From Candidatus Woesebacteria bacterium (GTDB lineage Bacteria > Patescibacteriota > Microgenomatia > UBA1400 > UBA1396): a DNA stretch of 64,000 nucleotides. Location: assembly GCA_021208605.1 (NCBI GenBank), contig JAJOJK010000003.1, positions 9,481 to 73,480 on the forward strand. The letters run 5' to 3'. Under the pieces are notes generated by a model. That model was given only the letters and a program-made list of their open reading frames with translations, ran no database searches and was not told where the DNA came from. The translations under genes and the position numbers were made by a program. Shown one piece after another: positions 1-8,559 of the stretch (positions are counted from its first letter, which is position 1; each line of letters starts with the position of its first letter).

Positions 1-1588
1 CGATACAAGAGATACCACTACCCATACAAGTCTTTCCATTCGCAGCCGAGCCACATGGCTCACCACAGACAGCGGGAGCTGGCGTGGGAGTTGGGTTGGG
101 AGTTGGGTTCGGGGTGGGATTTGGCGTCTGCTGCGCTGGAGGCGTTGAAGGCTCTGGACTACTCTGAGTTGGTGTAGAGTTCGCACCACAAGACAGGCCT
201 GGTTCAGCAAAACATTCTTTGCCAATTACGCCGTATTTACAGGTGTTGTAACAGTTCTGGCGTCCGCCGTTAGAAATAGGATCACCACAGCCGGTGAATT
301 TGCGGAAGTAGTCATTGGAGCCACAGCTGGTAATTGTTGAGCTAGAAGGATCATACGATTCAACTTTGGAAGTACAGTCGGTGTACAGTGAATTCGTATT
401 CGCCTCACACTGAGATTTTGAGTTGTAACATGTTCCCTGTACTCCGTTTGCTGTTGTCTTACAGTACAAGGTGTATTGCCCGCCAGTAGCGCCACAGTAG
501 TGGGCATTGACTTCACCAGCAACGTAGCCAGTACCTGAACCGTTACAGATTTGACCTTTTGTGCCAGAGGTACATTTAATCGTGCCTGGCTCACACTCTT
601 TGCCATTTGTTCCGACATCAGGACAAATATTGTTTTGGCACTGTTGAGCCACACTGCTTGCACCCCAAGTATCGGAGAAAGAACAGGTTTGCTTTACTTT
701 GCCGCCACAGTTACAAGTAATGACATACTGACAACCGCCATTGGCGAGATTACCGGGTTCAATGGATCCATCTACTACACCGTCACCATCCAAATCATCA
801 CCTACTCCAGCCGTAGTAGCCGGGATAGCGGAACATAAGTTTCCAGTAGTTCTGTTACAGACTAATCGTTCTCCGGCATTGGTAATAATAGTTCCAACAG
901 GCTTTCCTCTGCAGACACTGGCCGTTGGACTTTGGCTAGAACAATTGGGGTCCGCAGCATTATTACTATTTGGATTAGACGTGCTCGAATTGTTATTGGA
1001 ATTATTATTATTGTTGTTATTTGAGCCTGATTGCTCAACCCATGACCCATTTTTACAAGTGTATTTTACGCCATCACGAGTACCGGTTTGGCCATCTGAA
1101 CACTCGTTATTTTTTTGGCCACCATCACAGGTATTGCCGCCATTCTTCCACTGACCAGAACAAGTACACTCACAATTAGCAACTCCGTAATCGCCCTTAC
1201 CACAGAGTTTACGACCACTAACTGAACCACCATTTATGGAATTCTTATTTGACGCACATTTATTGGAACAAGCACTTCCATTGTACGAGCATGAATTACT
1301 CGAATTATTATTGTTAGAATTATTGTTATTGTTATTGTTATTATTATTGTTGTTGTTATTTGAGTTGTTATTACTCGAACTTGATTTCACCCGACAACGA
1401 CTTACACATGTATTTGCATTTGCATTATATGTTACTTCGTAACACTCATATCCTGATCCACAACTAACGCCATTACAAGAAGTTCCACACGTTGCAATAC
1501 CCGCATATGCTTTTGGGGCTGCGTACTGAGAAAGAGCAACAACACTTGCTGTTAAGAAAATGATTAGGGCAAAAAATACTTTTTTCAT
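1..1588 (-). CDS. Large secreted Cys-rich, poly-Asn surface protein (3' end runs off the window; not in ORF track)
   Basis: Manual translation from ATG at 1588 (MKKVFFALIIFLTASVVALSQYAAPKAYA, signal peptide) stays open to base 1; many Cys, Asn/Ser runs and PNPTPNPT linker. Confidence 0.85.
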   Translation of the reverse strand, partial: MKKVFFALIIFLTASVVALSQYAAPKAYAGIATCGTSCNGVSCGSGYECYEVTYNANANTCVSRCRVKSSSSNNNSNNNNNNNNNNNNNNSNNNNSSNSCSYNGSACSNKCASNKNSINGGSVSGRKLCGKGDYGVANCECTCSGQWKNGGNTCDGGQKNNECSDGQTGTRDGVKYTCKNGSWVEQSGSNNNNNNNSNNNSSTSNPNSNNAADPNCSSQSPTASVCRGKPVGTIITNAGERLVCNRTTGNLCSAIPATTAGVGDDLDGDGVVDGSIEPGNLANGGCQYVITCNCGGKVKQTCSFSDTWGASSVAQQCQNNICPDVGTNGKECEPGTIKCTSGTKGQICNGSGTGYVAGEVNAHYCGATGGQYTLYCKTTANGVQGTCYNSKSQCEANTNSLYTDCTSKVESYDPSSSTITSCGSNDYFRKFTGCGDPISNGGRQNCYNTCKYGVIGKECFAEPGLSCGANSTPTQSSPEPSTPPAQQTPNPTPNPTPNPTPTPAPAVCGEPCGSAANGKTCMGSGISCI

Positions 1589-1591
1589 TTA

Positions 1592-2470
1592 TTAAATTTC
1601 TTTTTCATATAATACGTTGGTAGAAGGAATAAGAGGATTCTGAGTTTCTTCCACAGTAATGATTATCTTATCGAAAGCGTTCTCATCACCAACAAAAGGA
1701 AGCGTCATATAAGAAACTCCATTAACAACTTCTGAAATAGCTGGATCTAGGTACACGTTTTCCTGACCGGCAAACTGAGCCCAAATTACAAAAGTACGAT
1801 CAGGGTCCTCAATCCAAGCCCTGATAGCACCTTCTCCAGCAATTTCATCATAGGAATACATTACAAAACCTTCCGGAGTTTCCGAAAATTTATCAAGTCT
1901 GTAAAAATCACTATCACCTAAAACAACGTTTTTCACCACCTCTGGATCATCGGCGTTTCCTACCGACTCTGTTGGATCACTATTGAAAGTCACAGGGACT
2001 TCTTGTGTAGTGGACGGATTATTTGCATTCTGACTCGCCTCCGACCGCACATCCTGCGAAGTTTGCAGCTGTGTATACACCACAAAGCCCATCAGTACGG
2101 CCAAGGCACCACCAAGGAGACTTCCGACCACTAATTTTTGGGGATTACTGAGGCTTTGCAAAAATCCGCTTTTTGGGGCTTCGGCAGCTTTGGGAGCCGC
2201 AGCAGCGGGAGGAGTTTGTTGTGGCGGAGCAGTTTGCACAAACTGGGACTGCTGAGCAGCTGGAGTCTGGGGAGAAGCTGCTCCCACGTTTGAATTCATG
2301 CCTGGTTGCGATGGCATTTGGGAAAAGCGAGAAGGAGGTTGATTGGCTACTGGTGGTTGAGTTGGGGCGCCACCAACCGGCTGGTAAAACGAATTGCTCG
2401 ACGGTGAAGTCGCTCCAGTTGCGGTATTTCCAGATGAAGGCACACTATTTGTGTTCATATCTTCGGCCAT
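1592..2470 (-). CDS. Membrane-anchored protein with Pro/Gln-rich N-terminus, TM plus SQDVRSEA motif, and a C-terminal domain weakly like anti-sigma RskA C-term
   Basis: True start is MAEDMN (2470); the ORF extension to 2893 overlaps the tRNA. C-terminus reads KIIITVEETQNPLIPSTNVL. Confidence 0.7.
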   Translation of the reverse strand: MAEDMNTNSVPSSGNTATGATSPSSNSFYQPVGGAPTQPPVANQPPSRFSQMPSQPGMNSNVGAASPQTPAAQQSQFVQTAPPQQTPPAAAAPKAAEAPKSGFLQSLSNPQKLVVGSLLGGALAVLMGFVVYTQLQTSQDVRSEASQNANNPSTTQEVPVTFNSDPTESVGNADDPEVVKNVVLGDSDFYRLDKFSETPEGFVMYSYDEIAGEGAIRAWIEDPDRTFVIWAQFAGQENVYLDPAISEVVNGVSYMTLPFVGDENAFDKIIITVEETQNPLIPSTNVLYEKEI

Positions 2471-2576
2471 AGTTAAGAGTATGTCAGAACCATGAGGCGG
2501 ATACAATACAAAGATTACCCAAAGAAAAGTAAAGATTCCGTAAGAATGGCTGATAAAAAACCAGTACAGACAAAAA

Positions 2577-2758
2577 TGGTGCGCGCACCAGGACTCACGA
2601 CTGCGCTCATTCCCATTCGCTCCGCATGCACTAGGGTTGTTTCGCATTTCTTCTATTTCGGTATGCTCACCCCGTCGCGAACCGCAGCTTTTCCTCTCCG
2701 CTGTACACACAAAAAAAAACTGGCTTTGCCAGTTTTTTATGTGCGCGCACCAGGACTC
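2577..2758 (-). mobile_element. tRNA-Ile-anchored repeat element bounded by an 18-bp direct repeat of the tRNA 3' end
   Basis: GTGCGCGCACCAGGACTC at 2579-2596 and 2741-2758; the 58-bp core 2620-2677 is identical to 30307-30364. Confidence 0.7.
2711..2738 (-). terminator. Intrinsic terminator after tRNA-Ile
   Basis: AAAAAACTGGC-AAA-GCCAGTTTTTTTTT on the minus strand. Confidence 0.75.
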
Positions 2759-2815
2759 GAACCTGGAACCGCGAAGGTATAAGCTTCGTGCTCTAGCCAA
2801 TTGAGCTATGCGCGC
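2742..2815 (-). tRNA. tRNA-Ile (anticodon TAT/UAU)
   Basis: GCGCGCA acceptor stem, D arm AGCTCAATTGGCTAGAGC, anticodon arm CGAAG-CT-TAT-AC-CTTCG, T loop GTTCGAGTC. Confidence 0.93.
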
Positions 2816-2842
2816 CCGTGTCCACTCTTGGTAGATTGAAAA

Positions 2843-2872
2843 AAGGATCCAACCCTTACTTATACGGACGTA
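2843..2872. repeat. REP-like family B copy (reverse orientation)
   Basis: Reverse complement TACGTCCGTATAAGTAAGGGTTGGATCCTT matches the copies at 8519, 33152 and 57139. Confidence 0.7.
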
Positions 2873-2889
2873 GGAGGTATTGTATAACC

Positions 2890-3447
2890 TCAAGCAAAAA
2901 AGAGCCAGGCGAGAAACGCCACTAATCCAAAAGCGCCTAACCCCAAAATAACAGCGCCCAAAAAGGTGAGTCGCTGCGTCACTGACTCATGCTTGTCGAC
3001 AATTTCTTCTAAAGTCGCTGCTTGCTCCATTCCAGCATCGTGATCCCTAACTTTTTCAGTCGCCGACGGACCCTCAAGCTCTGGTAACGTCTGTTCGTAC
3101 GCCATCTGGCGCAAGTCTTGCGACTGCTGCACGAGCATCGTCGTCGAACCAATACCAAGTGCCAATACAAATACCGCCACCATGCCACCGAGAACACGTA
3201 AATCTAATTTCGGTAAAACGCGTTGTCGTGGGGACAAATTATTCTCCCAAATCTCGGTCGCGCCAGCCCGTTCATCTGGTTGCGGCGTGGCTACTGGTGC
3301 GGGAGCGACATGAGCGGAGATATGGGCCATTCCAGCCGAGACAGGTCGCGTAGCACCGGTACCACCAGCGCTCGAAATCTCTGGGAAATGACTCGACTCC
3401 TCTTGAATTTCTTTGAGGAGCTCATCAAGTGATTTGTGAGTCGACAT
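2890..3447 (-). CDS. Membrane protein with two TM helices and SQDLRQMA motif
   Basis: ORF 2890..3549; likely start MSTHK (3447) or MNANM (3459). Confidence 0.7.
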   Translation of the reverse strand: MSTHKSLDELLKEIQEESSHFPEISSAGGTGATRPVSAGMAHISAHVAPAPVATPQPDERAGATEIWENNLSPRQRVLPKLDLRVLGGMVAVFVLALGIGSTTMLVQQSQDLRQMAYEQTLPELEGPSATEKVRDHDAGMEQAATLEEIVDKHESVTQRLTFLGAVILGLGAFGLVAFLAWLFFA

Positions 3448-3502
3448 ATTGGCATTCATAGACAGTATTCTGGTACCTGCGTATTTCTCTCTTCTCTTTA
3501 CA

Positions 3503-4999
3503 CTACGCTGATCGCATACTTTGGCGCGTAACAAAAATGCCGCCCGCAAAGAAGATCAGACCGACCCCAACCAGAAAGACCGTCATATCCGAGCTCCCTG
3601 AGACTGGCTGTGCCGAATGGGTAGCCGGCGTACTGACCCGAGGAGAAGCCGTTGGAGTAGCGGAGGCTACTGGTGTGGGAGTAGGCGTTGGGGTTGACGT
3701 AGCGACAGGAGTGGGTGTTGGGGTTGGCGTCGCTAAAGTTCCAGATGGAGAGGACGTGAAAGCGGGTAAGTTTGACTCGCCATTGGCCAACACTAAGAAG
3801 GTTCGATTGATCTTTTGCTGGTTCCCTTGGTCATCGGTGTAGGTGACGGTAATGGTGTGCTCGCCAGGTTCAAGATCTTCCGGCGGCGTCCAGGCCCAGT
3901 TACCAGTGGAGTCCACGGTAGCCACGTCGAAAATTGGTTGATTGGAGTGGACTTCGATTTGGACAAATCCGTTTGCCGGAGCGGTGCCGAGAAATTCGGG
4001 TCGTTGGGTCGAGATCTGCTCGTTGTTTTCGAGTTCGATTTCGACTGGACCGGTCGTCACGGTGGTGGTCGTGGTCGTTTCGGTTTGCTCGTCGACCATG
4101 CTGCCAAAGGCGCCACCGGAATCATCTGTTGATGTGGTATCGGGAACAGCTGTTGGCGAAGGCGGAGGTGTTTCTGCTTCGTCAACGACTATGGGAGCTT
4201 CGTTTTCGGCACCGAAGGTGATATCGGTCATCGGTGAGAGTGCACTCACGGTAGTGTCGACATTCACCGTTTCATTGCGCTGGGTTCCCTGGACTTGCAC
4301 AGTAACTGGATCAGTGGGCTCATACGTGTAGAGAGCCGATAAGTCGGCAGTGCGCAAATCGGTGAGCTGCACGGCCCAACTCCCATTGGCTTTGACCAAG
4401 GCGGACAATGGCGAAGCACCTTCAATGGACAAATAGACTATTGATCCCTCAGCCGGGTTACCAACTTCGTTCAACACGTTTCCGTAGGCGGTGCGGGTTT
4501 CGCTGTCGGAAGAAATAGCGCGTGCGGTGCGCACGGCAAAGGGCGCGCCGTTGTTATCAAATTCCGAACGCTCACCGGTCCCGAGAACAAAATAGTACTG
4601 CGTGGAAGGGTCCAACCCTTGCACCGTCACGTGATGTGACTGGTAGGAGCCAACGGCATTCGCCAATTTGTCGCGGTCGTCACGAACTTGCACGTTGATG
4701 CGATTTTGATCTGTTCCGTACTTAAGGTATCCGGGAGCAGATAAGTCAGTCAAAAAAGAAACGGTAAAGCTGGTATCAGTAATATTGGTAATGCGAACTT
4801 GGCGGGGAACGGCGTCTTCGGAAGCGCGCGGTAAAAAGTTCGAAGCGGTGTCGGACTGCACTAAACTTAATCCGGCGACAACACCCACGACCAAAATACC
4901 CAAGCCGAGAAGCGTGGGAATCCTCTGCTGGAGCAGGCTACCGCGTGGAGACCGTTGCTTTGGTCCAAACCACCGGCTTAAAAAAGAGGAAGCAGGCAT
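3503..4999 (-). CDS. Surface protein: FN3-like domain, bacterial Ig-like domain, PT linker, QPVSG and C-terminal TM
   Basis: VRITNITDTSFTVSF...HHVTVQGLDPSTQYYF (FN3); RPEFLGTAPAN...GNWAWTPPEDLEPGEHTITV (Ig-like). Confidence 0.85.
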   Translation of the reverse strand: MPASSFLSRWFGPKQRSPRGSLLQQRIPTLLGLGILVVGVVAGLSLVQSDTASNFLPRASEDAVPRQVRITNITDTSFTVSFLTDLSAPGYLKYGTDQNRINVQVRDDRDKLANAVGSYQSHHVTVQGLDPSTQYYFVLGTGERSEFDNNGAPFAVRTARAISSDSETRTAYGNVLNEVGNPAEGSIVYLSIEGASPLSALVKANGSWAVQLTDLRTADLSALYTYEPTDPVTVQVQGTQRNETVNVDTTVSALSPMTDITFGAENEAPIVVDEAETPPPSPTAVPDTTSTDDSGGAFGSMVDEQTETTTTTTVTTGPVEIELENNEQISTQRPEFLGTAPANGFVQIEVHSNQPIFDVATVDSTGNWAWTPPEDLEPGEHTITVTYTDDQGNQQKINRTFLVLANGESNLPAFTSSPSGTLATPTPTPTPVATSTPTPTPTPVASATPTASPRVSTPATHSAQPVSGSSDMTVFLVGVGLIFFAGGIFVTRQSMRSA

Positions 5000-5062
5000 A
5001 CCGTCTCCATAGTACTGATTTGTTTCTCGCCTTGCAATACGCGTCGCATGATTTTGACTTTC

Positions 5063-5551
5063 TTATTGACCATCGAGAAACGGATTGTTCGGCTCAGTCG
5101 TCACAGTGGAAGTTTCACTTTCAGTCTCATTTTCCTGATTCGTTTCTTGGAATGGCGAAACATTTTCGGCTGATTCTTCTGGTGTGGAGGATGGCGTTGT
5201 GGTTTCTGCTGATTCGGTGGCTTCAACCAAACCTAACTCTCCCAGCGATTCCTGTACGGCGGCTTCTTCTGCGGCCGCTTCTTGTTGTTGGCGCAAAAGA
5301 ATTTCGCGCACGTAGGTACGAGCACCTTCGGTAGTGACAGTCTCATAGGACTCGAGCGTGAGAACCGTTTCCACGTCGAGCTGCGGATTGAGCGGCTCGG
5401 TTAAGGCACGCGTGGTCGAGGGGATCGTCGTGCGAGTGTTCGAGAGATAAATATCTATTCCCACACCAATCATGACCGCAATCAAGCCGAGTGTTAGACC
5501 AGCCACCACGAGGCGCTGACGCAAAATCCCGGCGTAACTCAACCGTTTCAT
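5063..5551 (-). CDS. Membrane-anchored hypothetical protein in the pilP position
   Basis: N-terminal TM, acidic tail ending PNNPF; overlaps the pilO stop codon. Confidence 0.7.
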   Translation of the reverse strand: MKRLSYAGILRQRLVVAGLTLGLIAVMIGVGIDIYLSNTRTTIPSTTRALTEPLNPQLDVETVLTLESYETVTTEGARTYVREILLRQQQEAAAEEAAVQESLGELGLVEATESAETTTPSSTPEESAENVSPFQETNQENETESETSTVTTEPNNPFLDGQ

Positions 5552-6222
5552 GAGCGACTCCTTCGAACTTCAGATTGATAGCCATACATCAAGATGGTAG
5601 CGGTAGTGCGTAATGTACGCTCTTCCTCACGGTTTTCTTCAACCGTAAATGTAAATTCCTGCACCGCGAATAAAGGCTTCACCGATTCAATCGCGGCAAA
5701 AAACTGCATCACGTCATCATACGAACCAGTAAACGAAATCTGAAACGCATACGCTTGAATTTCGCGATCACCGAGCGACAATTGTTGACTGGCATCTTCT
5801 GGTGCTGTCAGCACTAGCGGAAACTCTTGGATCTGCAACCCAGCCAATGAGAGATTTTCGCGGGCCACTAAGTACTCCATATAAATGAGGGCCGTTTCCA
5901 AAGAAATGTTCGTATGGATGGCTTCATCCAAAATGCTAAAACGTTCGCTGTAGGTGAGATACTCGGTCTGTGCCGTGGCCAAAGCGGAAATTTTACGGCC
6001 TAACGCTAAATCGACTTCCTCCTTCTCCTCTATTTCCTGCAGTAAGGAAGACATCGTGTTCAATGTGGGTCGCAACGCAAAAAGGGCGAAAAACATCACA
6101 CCCAGTAAGGACATCACTAACTCAAACGATACTCGCGTAACGGGTTTTTCGTAAAACTTCTCGAGCTGATCACGTATGGTCGAGCCAGAGACGAGGTTGC
6201 GTTTTTGTTCTTGTTCAGCCAT
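5548..6222 (-). CDS. pilO: Type IV pilus assembly protein PilO-like
   Basis: N-terminal TM, coiled coil, ISFTGSYDDVMQFFAAIES motif; follows pilN. Confidence 0.75.
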   Translation of the reverse strand: MAEQEQKRNLVSGSTIRDQLEKFYEKPVTRVSFELVMSLLGVMFFALFALRPTLNTMSSLLQEIEEKEEVDLALGRKISALATAQTEYLTYSERFSILDEAIHTNISLETALIYMEYLVARENLSLAGLQIQEFPLVLTAPEDASQQLSLGDREIQAYAFQISFTGSYDDVMQFFAAIESVKPLFAVQEFTFTVEENREEERTLRTTATILMYGYQSEVRRSRS

Positions 6223-6228
6223 GATTTC

Positions 6229-6846
6229 TTATTCTTCCTGCAAGACTTCTGCTAATCCGCGTGAGTATGTGAGTGAAACTCCAAACGTGATTCCGGGATC
6301 GCGCACGTCTCCACTCTGGATGTTCGTAATGCTCACCGACTCGAATTCCGGCACCTGTTTCAAGCGATCAACAAACACTTCTAAACTCCGGTTGGATCGA
6401 ATGGTGCCACTAATATTCAACTTTTCGCGCCGCAACGATATCTGGTCATACACCACGTCAGACGGCGTGACTCGCTGTAAAATGGCCATCACTTCGTACC
6501 GCCCCTGCTGATCCAAAATGGCGGCAATATCGTCAGTTTGCTCTTGGACTTCGCGCACGTCTGCCTCGAGCGTGTCGTACGACTCGACAATGGCCTGCTT
6601 TTGAATAATGCTGCGGTTGAGGTCAGTGAGTTGACGGTCAAGCGTAAAGCGCGAAAAAAAGCTCACGATCACAATGACTTCGGTAAAAATAACAATATGT
6701 CGACCAATCGACACCGCCCACCGCAAAATTTTTCCAATCGGCGTGGCGTAAAACGGATCTTCGGGATACAGGTTCAGACTCGGGATCTGCAGTCCCGCTT
6801 TCTTCCCCGAAGACAAAAATGGCAGTGACGATATCAACGACGGCAT
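6229..6846 (-). CDS. pilN: Type IV pilus assembly protein PilN-like
   Basis: LNLYP motif, TM, coiled coil, TPSDVVYDQI...LNISG...FVDRLK..PEF. Confidence 0.8.
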   Translation of the reverse strand: MPSLISSLPFLSSGKKAGLQIPSLNLYPEDPFYATPIGKILRWAVSIGRHIVIFTEVIVIVSFFSRFTLDRQLTDLNRSIIQKQAIVESYDTLEADVREVQEQTDDIAAILDQQGRYEVMAILQRVTPSDVVYDQISLRREKLNISGTIRSNRSLEVFVDRLKQVPEFESVSITNIQSGDVRDPGITFGVSLTYSRGLAEVLQEE

Positions 6847-6983
6847 AGGCAGGCTTCTGTTTCAGTATACAGGTTCCTGGGGAGGATCAAAAGAAATGTA
6901 TCGACAACAAACAATGTGTCACTGATATTGCGCCGTAGCGTTTTTGCCTGGTGAAGTCGAGGGTCTTCTCGTATAATACGAGC

Positions 6984-7427
6984 ATGAAGCCACTTCTGGT
7001 CAACAAGAAAGCTCGCTTTGAGTACGAGTTCATCGAAACCCTGACTGCCGGGGTGGTTTTGACGGGCGGCGAAGTCAAAATGCTCCGCAATTCCAAGGGA
7101 AGCTTACAAGGCAGTTTCGTCCGCTTGATTAGCGGTGAGGCTTGGCTCATTAACGCGCAAATCCCACCTTACCCCTACGCTCGCAACGAAGACTACGATC
7201 CGAAACAGTCCCGCAAACTTTTGCTCAAGAAAAAAGAATTGGAACAATTAGCTGCTGTTACTAAAACAAAGGGAATTACTTTGGTTCCAACCATGATTGG
7301 TTTAGATGGCCGATTTATTAAAGTTGAAGTAGCGATTGCCCGCGGTAAAAACGTCCGCGACCGCCGCGAACAGATTCGTCGCCGCGATTTGGAGCGGCAG
7401 ACGGCGCGGGATTTGAAGCAATACTAG
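6984..7427 (+). CDS. smpB: SsrA-binding protein
   Basis: NKKARFEY...AGVVLTGGEVK...RKLLLKKKE...ARGK. Confidence 0.96.
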   Translation: MKPLLVNKKARFEYEFIETLTAGVVLTGGEVKMLRNSKGSLQGSFVRLISGEAWLINAQIPPYPYARNEDYDPKQSRKLLLKKKELEQLAAVTKTKGITLVPTMIGLDGRFIKVEVAIARGKNVRDRREQIRRRDLERQTARDLKQY

Positions 7428-7434
7428 TCTGGTC

Positions 7435-7520
7435 TGGGATTCTCCTCTTTCACAACTTCCTCAAGAAGGAGAATCCTGAACTGTATAAAAAAGAAGCTCC
7501 TCTCCGGAGCTCCTTTTCTT
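7435..7520. terminator. Hairpins between convergent genes
   Basis: GGATTCTCCT...AGGAGAATCC (7437-7477) and AGCTCC-TCTCC-GGAGCT flanked by A/T tracts. Confidence 0.55.
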
Positions 7521-7549
7521 TACATTCGTACAATCCGTACGCTACAGGC

Positions 7550-7759
7550 TTATGCGGCCTTAGCAGCTTTACGGAGGACTGGCATACCAGTGCGCTTGGT
7601 CTCTACGACCTCGTAGCCTTCTGGTACTTCGTCAATAGCACCTTCACGCTCATCACGAGCGAAGAAGAAGATGGGGCGGGTAATACCGTTTTTAAGAGTG
7701 ACCATCTTCTTGTGTAAGAAATAGGTCTGACCCTTAGAGTTGGTGTATGAGAACGCCAT
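7550..7759 (-). CDS. Small basic conserved hypothetical protein
   Basis: MAFSYTNSKGQTYFLH...IFFFAR...VPEGYEVVE..RTGMPVLRK; AAGGA upstream. Confidence 0.8.
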   Translation of the reverse strand: MAFSYTNSKGQTYFLHKKMVTLKNGITRPIFFFARDEREGAIDEVPEGYEVVETKRTGMPVLRKAAKAA

Positions 7760-7867
7760 TCTCGGTCCTTTCTTTTGTTTTCCCTCTCTTGAGGTATCTT
7801 GTTTTACCATACTCGAGGTTCATCTCAAGGGCAAGAGGGAATTTTTTTCAATACCTGACTAACGACC

Positions 7868-8497
7868 TTAATAATTTTGTTGCAGGGTATTGCGTACTTG
7901 AGTAATCGACATCTTTTGGCCATCCAAAAAGAACGTTGGTGTCGAGTTCAAACGAAGCTGTTCAGCAGCCCGCAAGTCTTCTGCTACACGCTCTTTTACG
8001 GCTTGACCGACATAATCGTCTTCAAACTGCTCTCCATCTAAACCAAGCTCTACAGCAAGTCCTAAATAGTACTCACTCGCATCAGTCAACTCAGACCACT
8101 CGGCTTGGCGAGCAAACAAGGCATCGTGCATTTCCCAGAACTTGCCTTGCATGGCGGCGGCCTCGCTGGCCCAGGCTGAACTTTCGGCATTTGGGTGAAT
8201 AGTGCGCAGCGGGTAGTGTCGATATACAAACGCCACGTCAGGATACTCTTCGAGAATACTTGCAATTTGTGGCTCCGTTGCAGCACAAGCTGGACACTGA
8301 AAGTCAGAAAATTCTACCAGCGTGAAACGGGCACTTTCGGTGGCGCCTTTGAGGTGGGGAGTCTCGGTCACCAACTGCGACTGATCACTCACTTCTTGCG
8401 TGGCACCGCTAAAGTCTTGCGAAAGGAAAAAGCCAATTCCAAAAATTAAGACGAGTGTTCCCACAAGTGTGGCGATAAGGAGTTTTACATTTTGCAT
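7868..8497 (-). CDS. DsbA-family thioredoxin-fold protein
   Basis: EFSDFQCPAC, YRHYPL, GKFWEMHD, STPTFF; N-terminal TM. Confidence 0.9.
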   Translation of the reverse strand: MQNVKLLIATLVGTLVLIFGIGFFLSQDFSGATQEVSDQSQLVTETPHLKGATESARFTLVEFSDFQCPACAATEPQIASILEEYPDVAFVYRHYPLRTIHPNAESSAWASEAAAMQGKFWEMHDALFARQAEWSELTDASEYYLGLAVELGLDGEQFEDDYVGQAVKERVAEDLRAAEQLRLNSTPTFFLDGQKMSITQVRNTLQQNY

Positions 8498-8518
8498 TCG
8501 TTTCCTTTCTTTCTGGGT

Positions 8519-8548
8519 TACGTCCTTATAAGTAAGGGACCAACCCTT
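8519..8548. repeat. REP-like family B copy
   Basis: TACGTCCTTATAAGTAAGGGACCAACCCTT. Confidence 0.75.
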
Positions 8549-8559
8549 CATTCGATTTT

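Noticed and set aside
741-1442. Poly-Leu plus-strand ORFs
   Set aside because: They are antisense shadows of the poly-Asn tracts in the minus-strand gene.
2579-2758. Prophage or genomic island attL/attR at tRNA-Ile or tRNA-Trp
   Set aside because: Only about 145-150 bp lie between the repeats, there is no integrase, and the same core sits at different tRNAs; reported instead as a distinct element.
2471-2893. N-terminal extension of ORF 1592..2893 and ORF 30230..30442 sharing the peptide RRGEHTEIEEMRNNPSACG
   Set aside because: These are translations of the tRNA and the non-coding repeat core; identity is at DNA level with no start context.
6887-7550. tmRNA next to smpB
   Set aside because: No tRNA-Ala-like ends or sufficient intergenic space were seen.
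7723-7736. GGTCTGACCCTTA resembling the REP-like hairpin
   Set aside because: It lies inside a conserved coding sequence (SKGQTY) and lacks either family's tail; probably chance.
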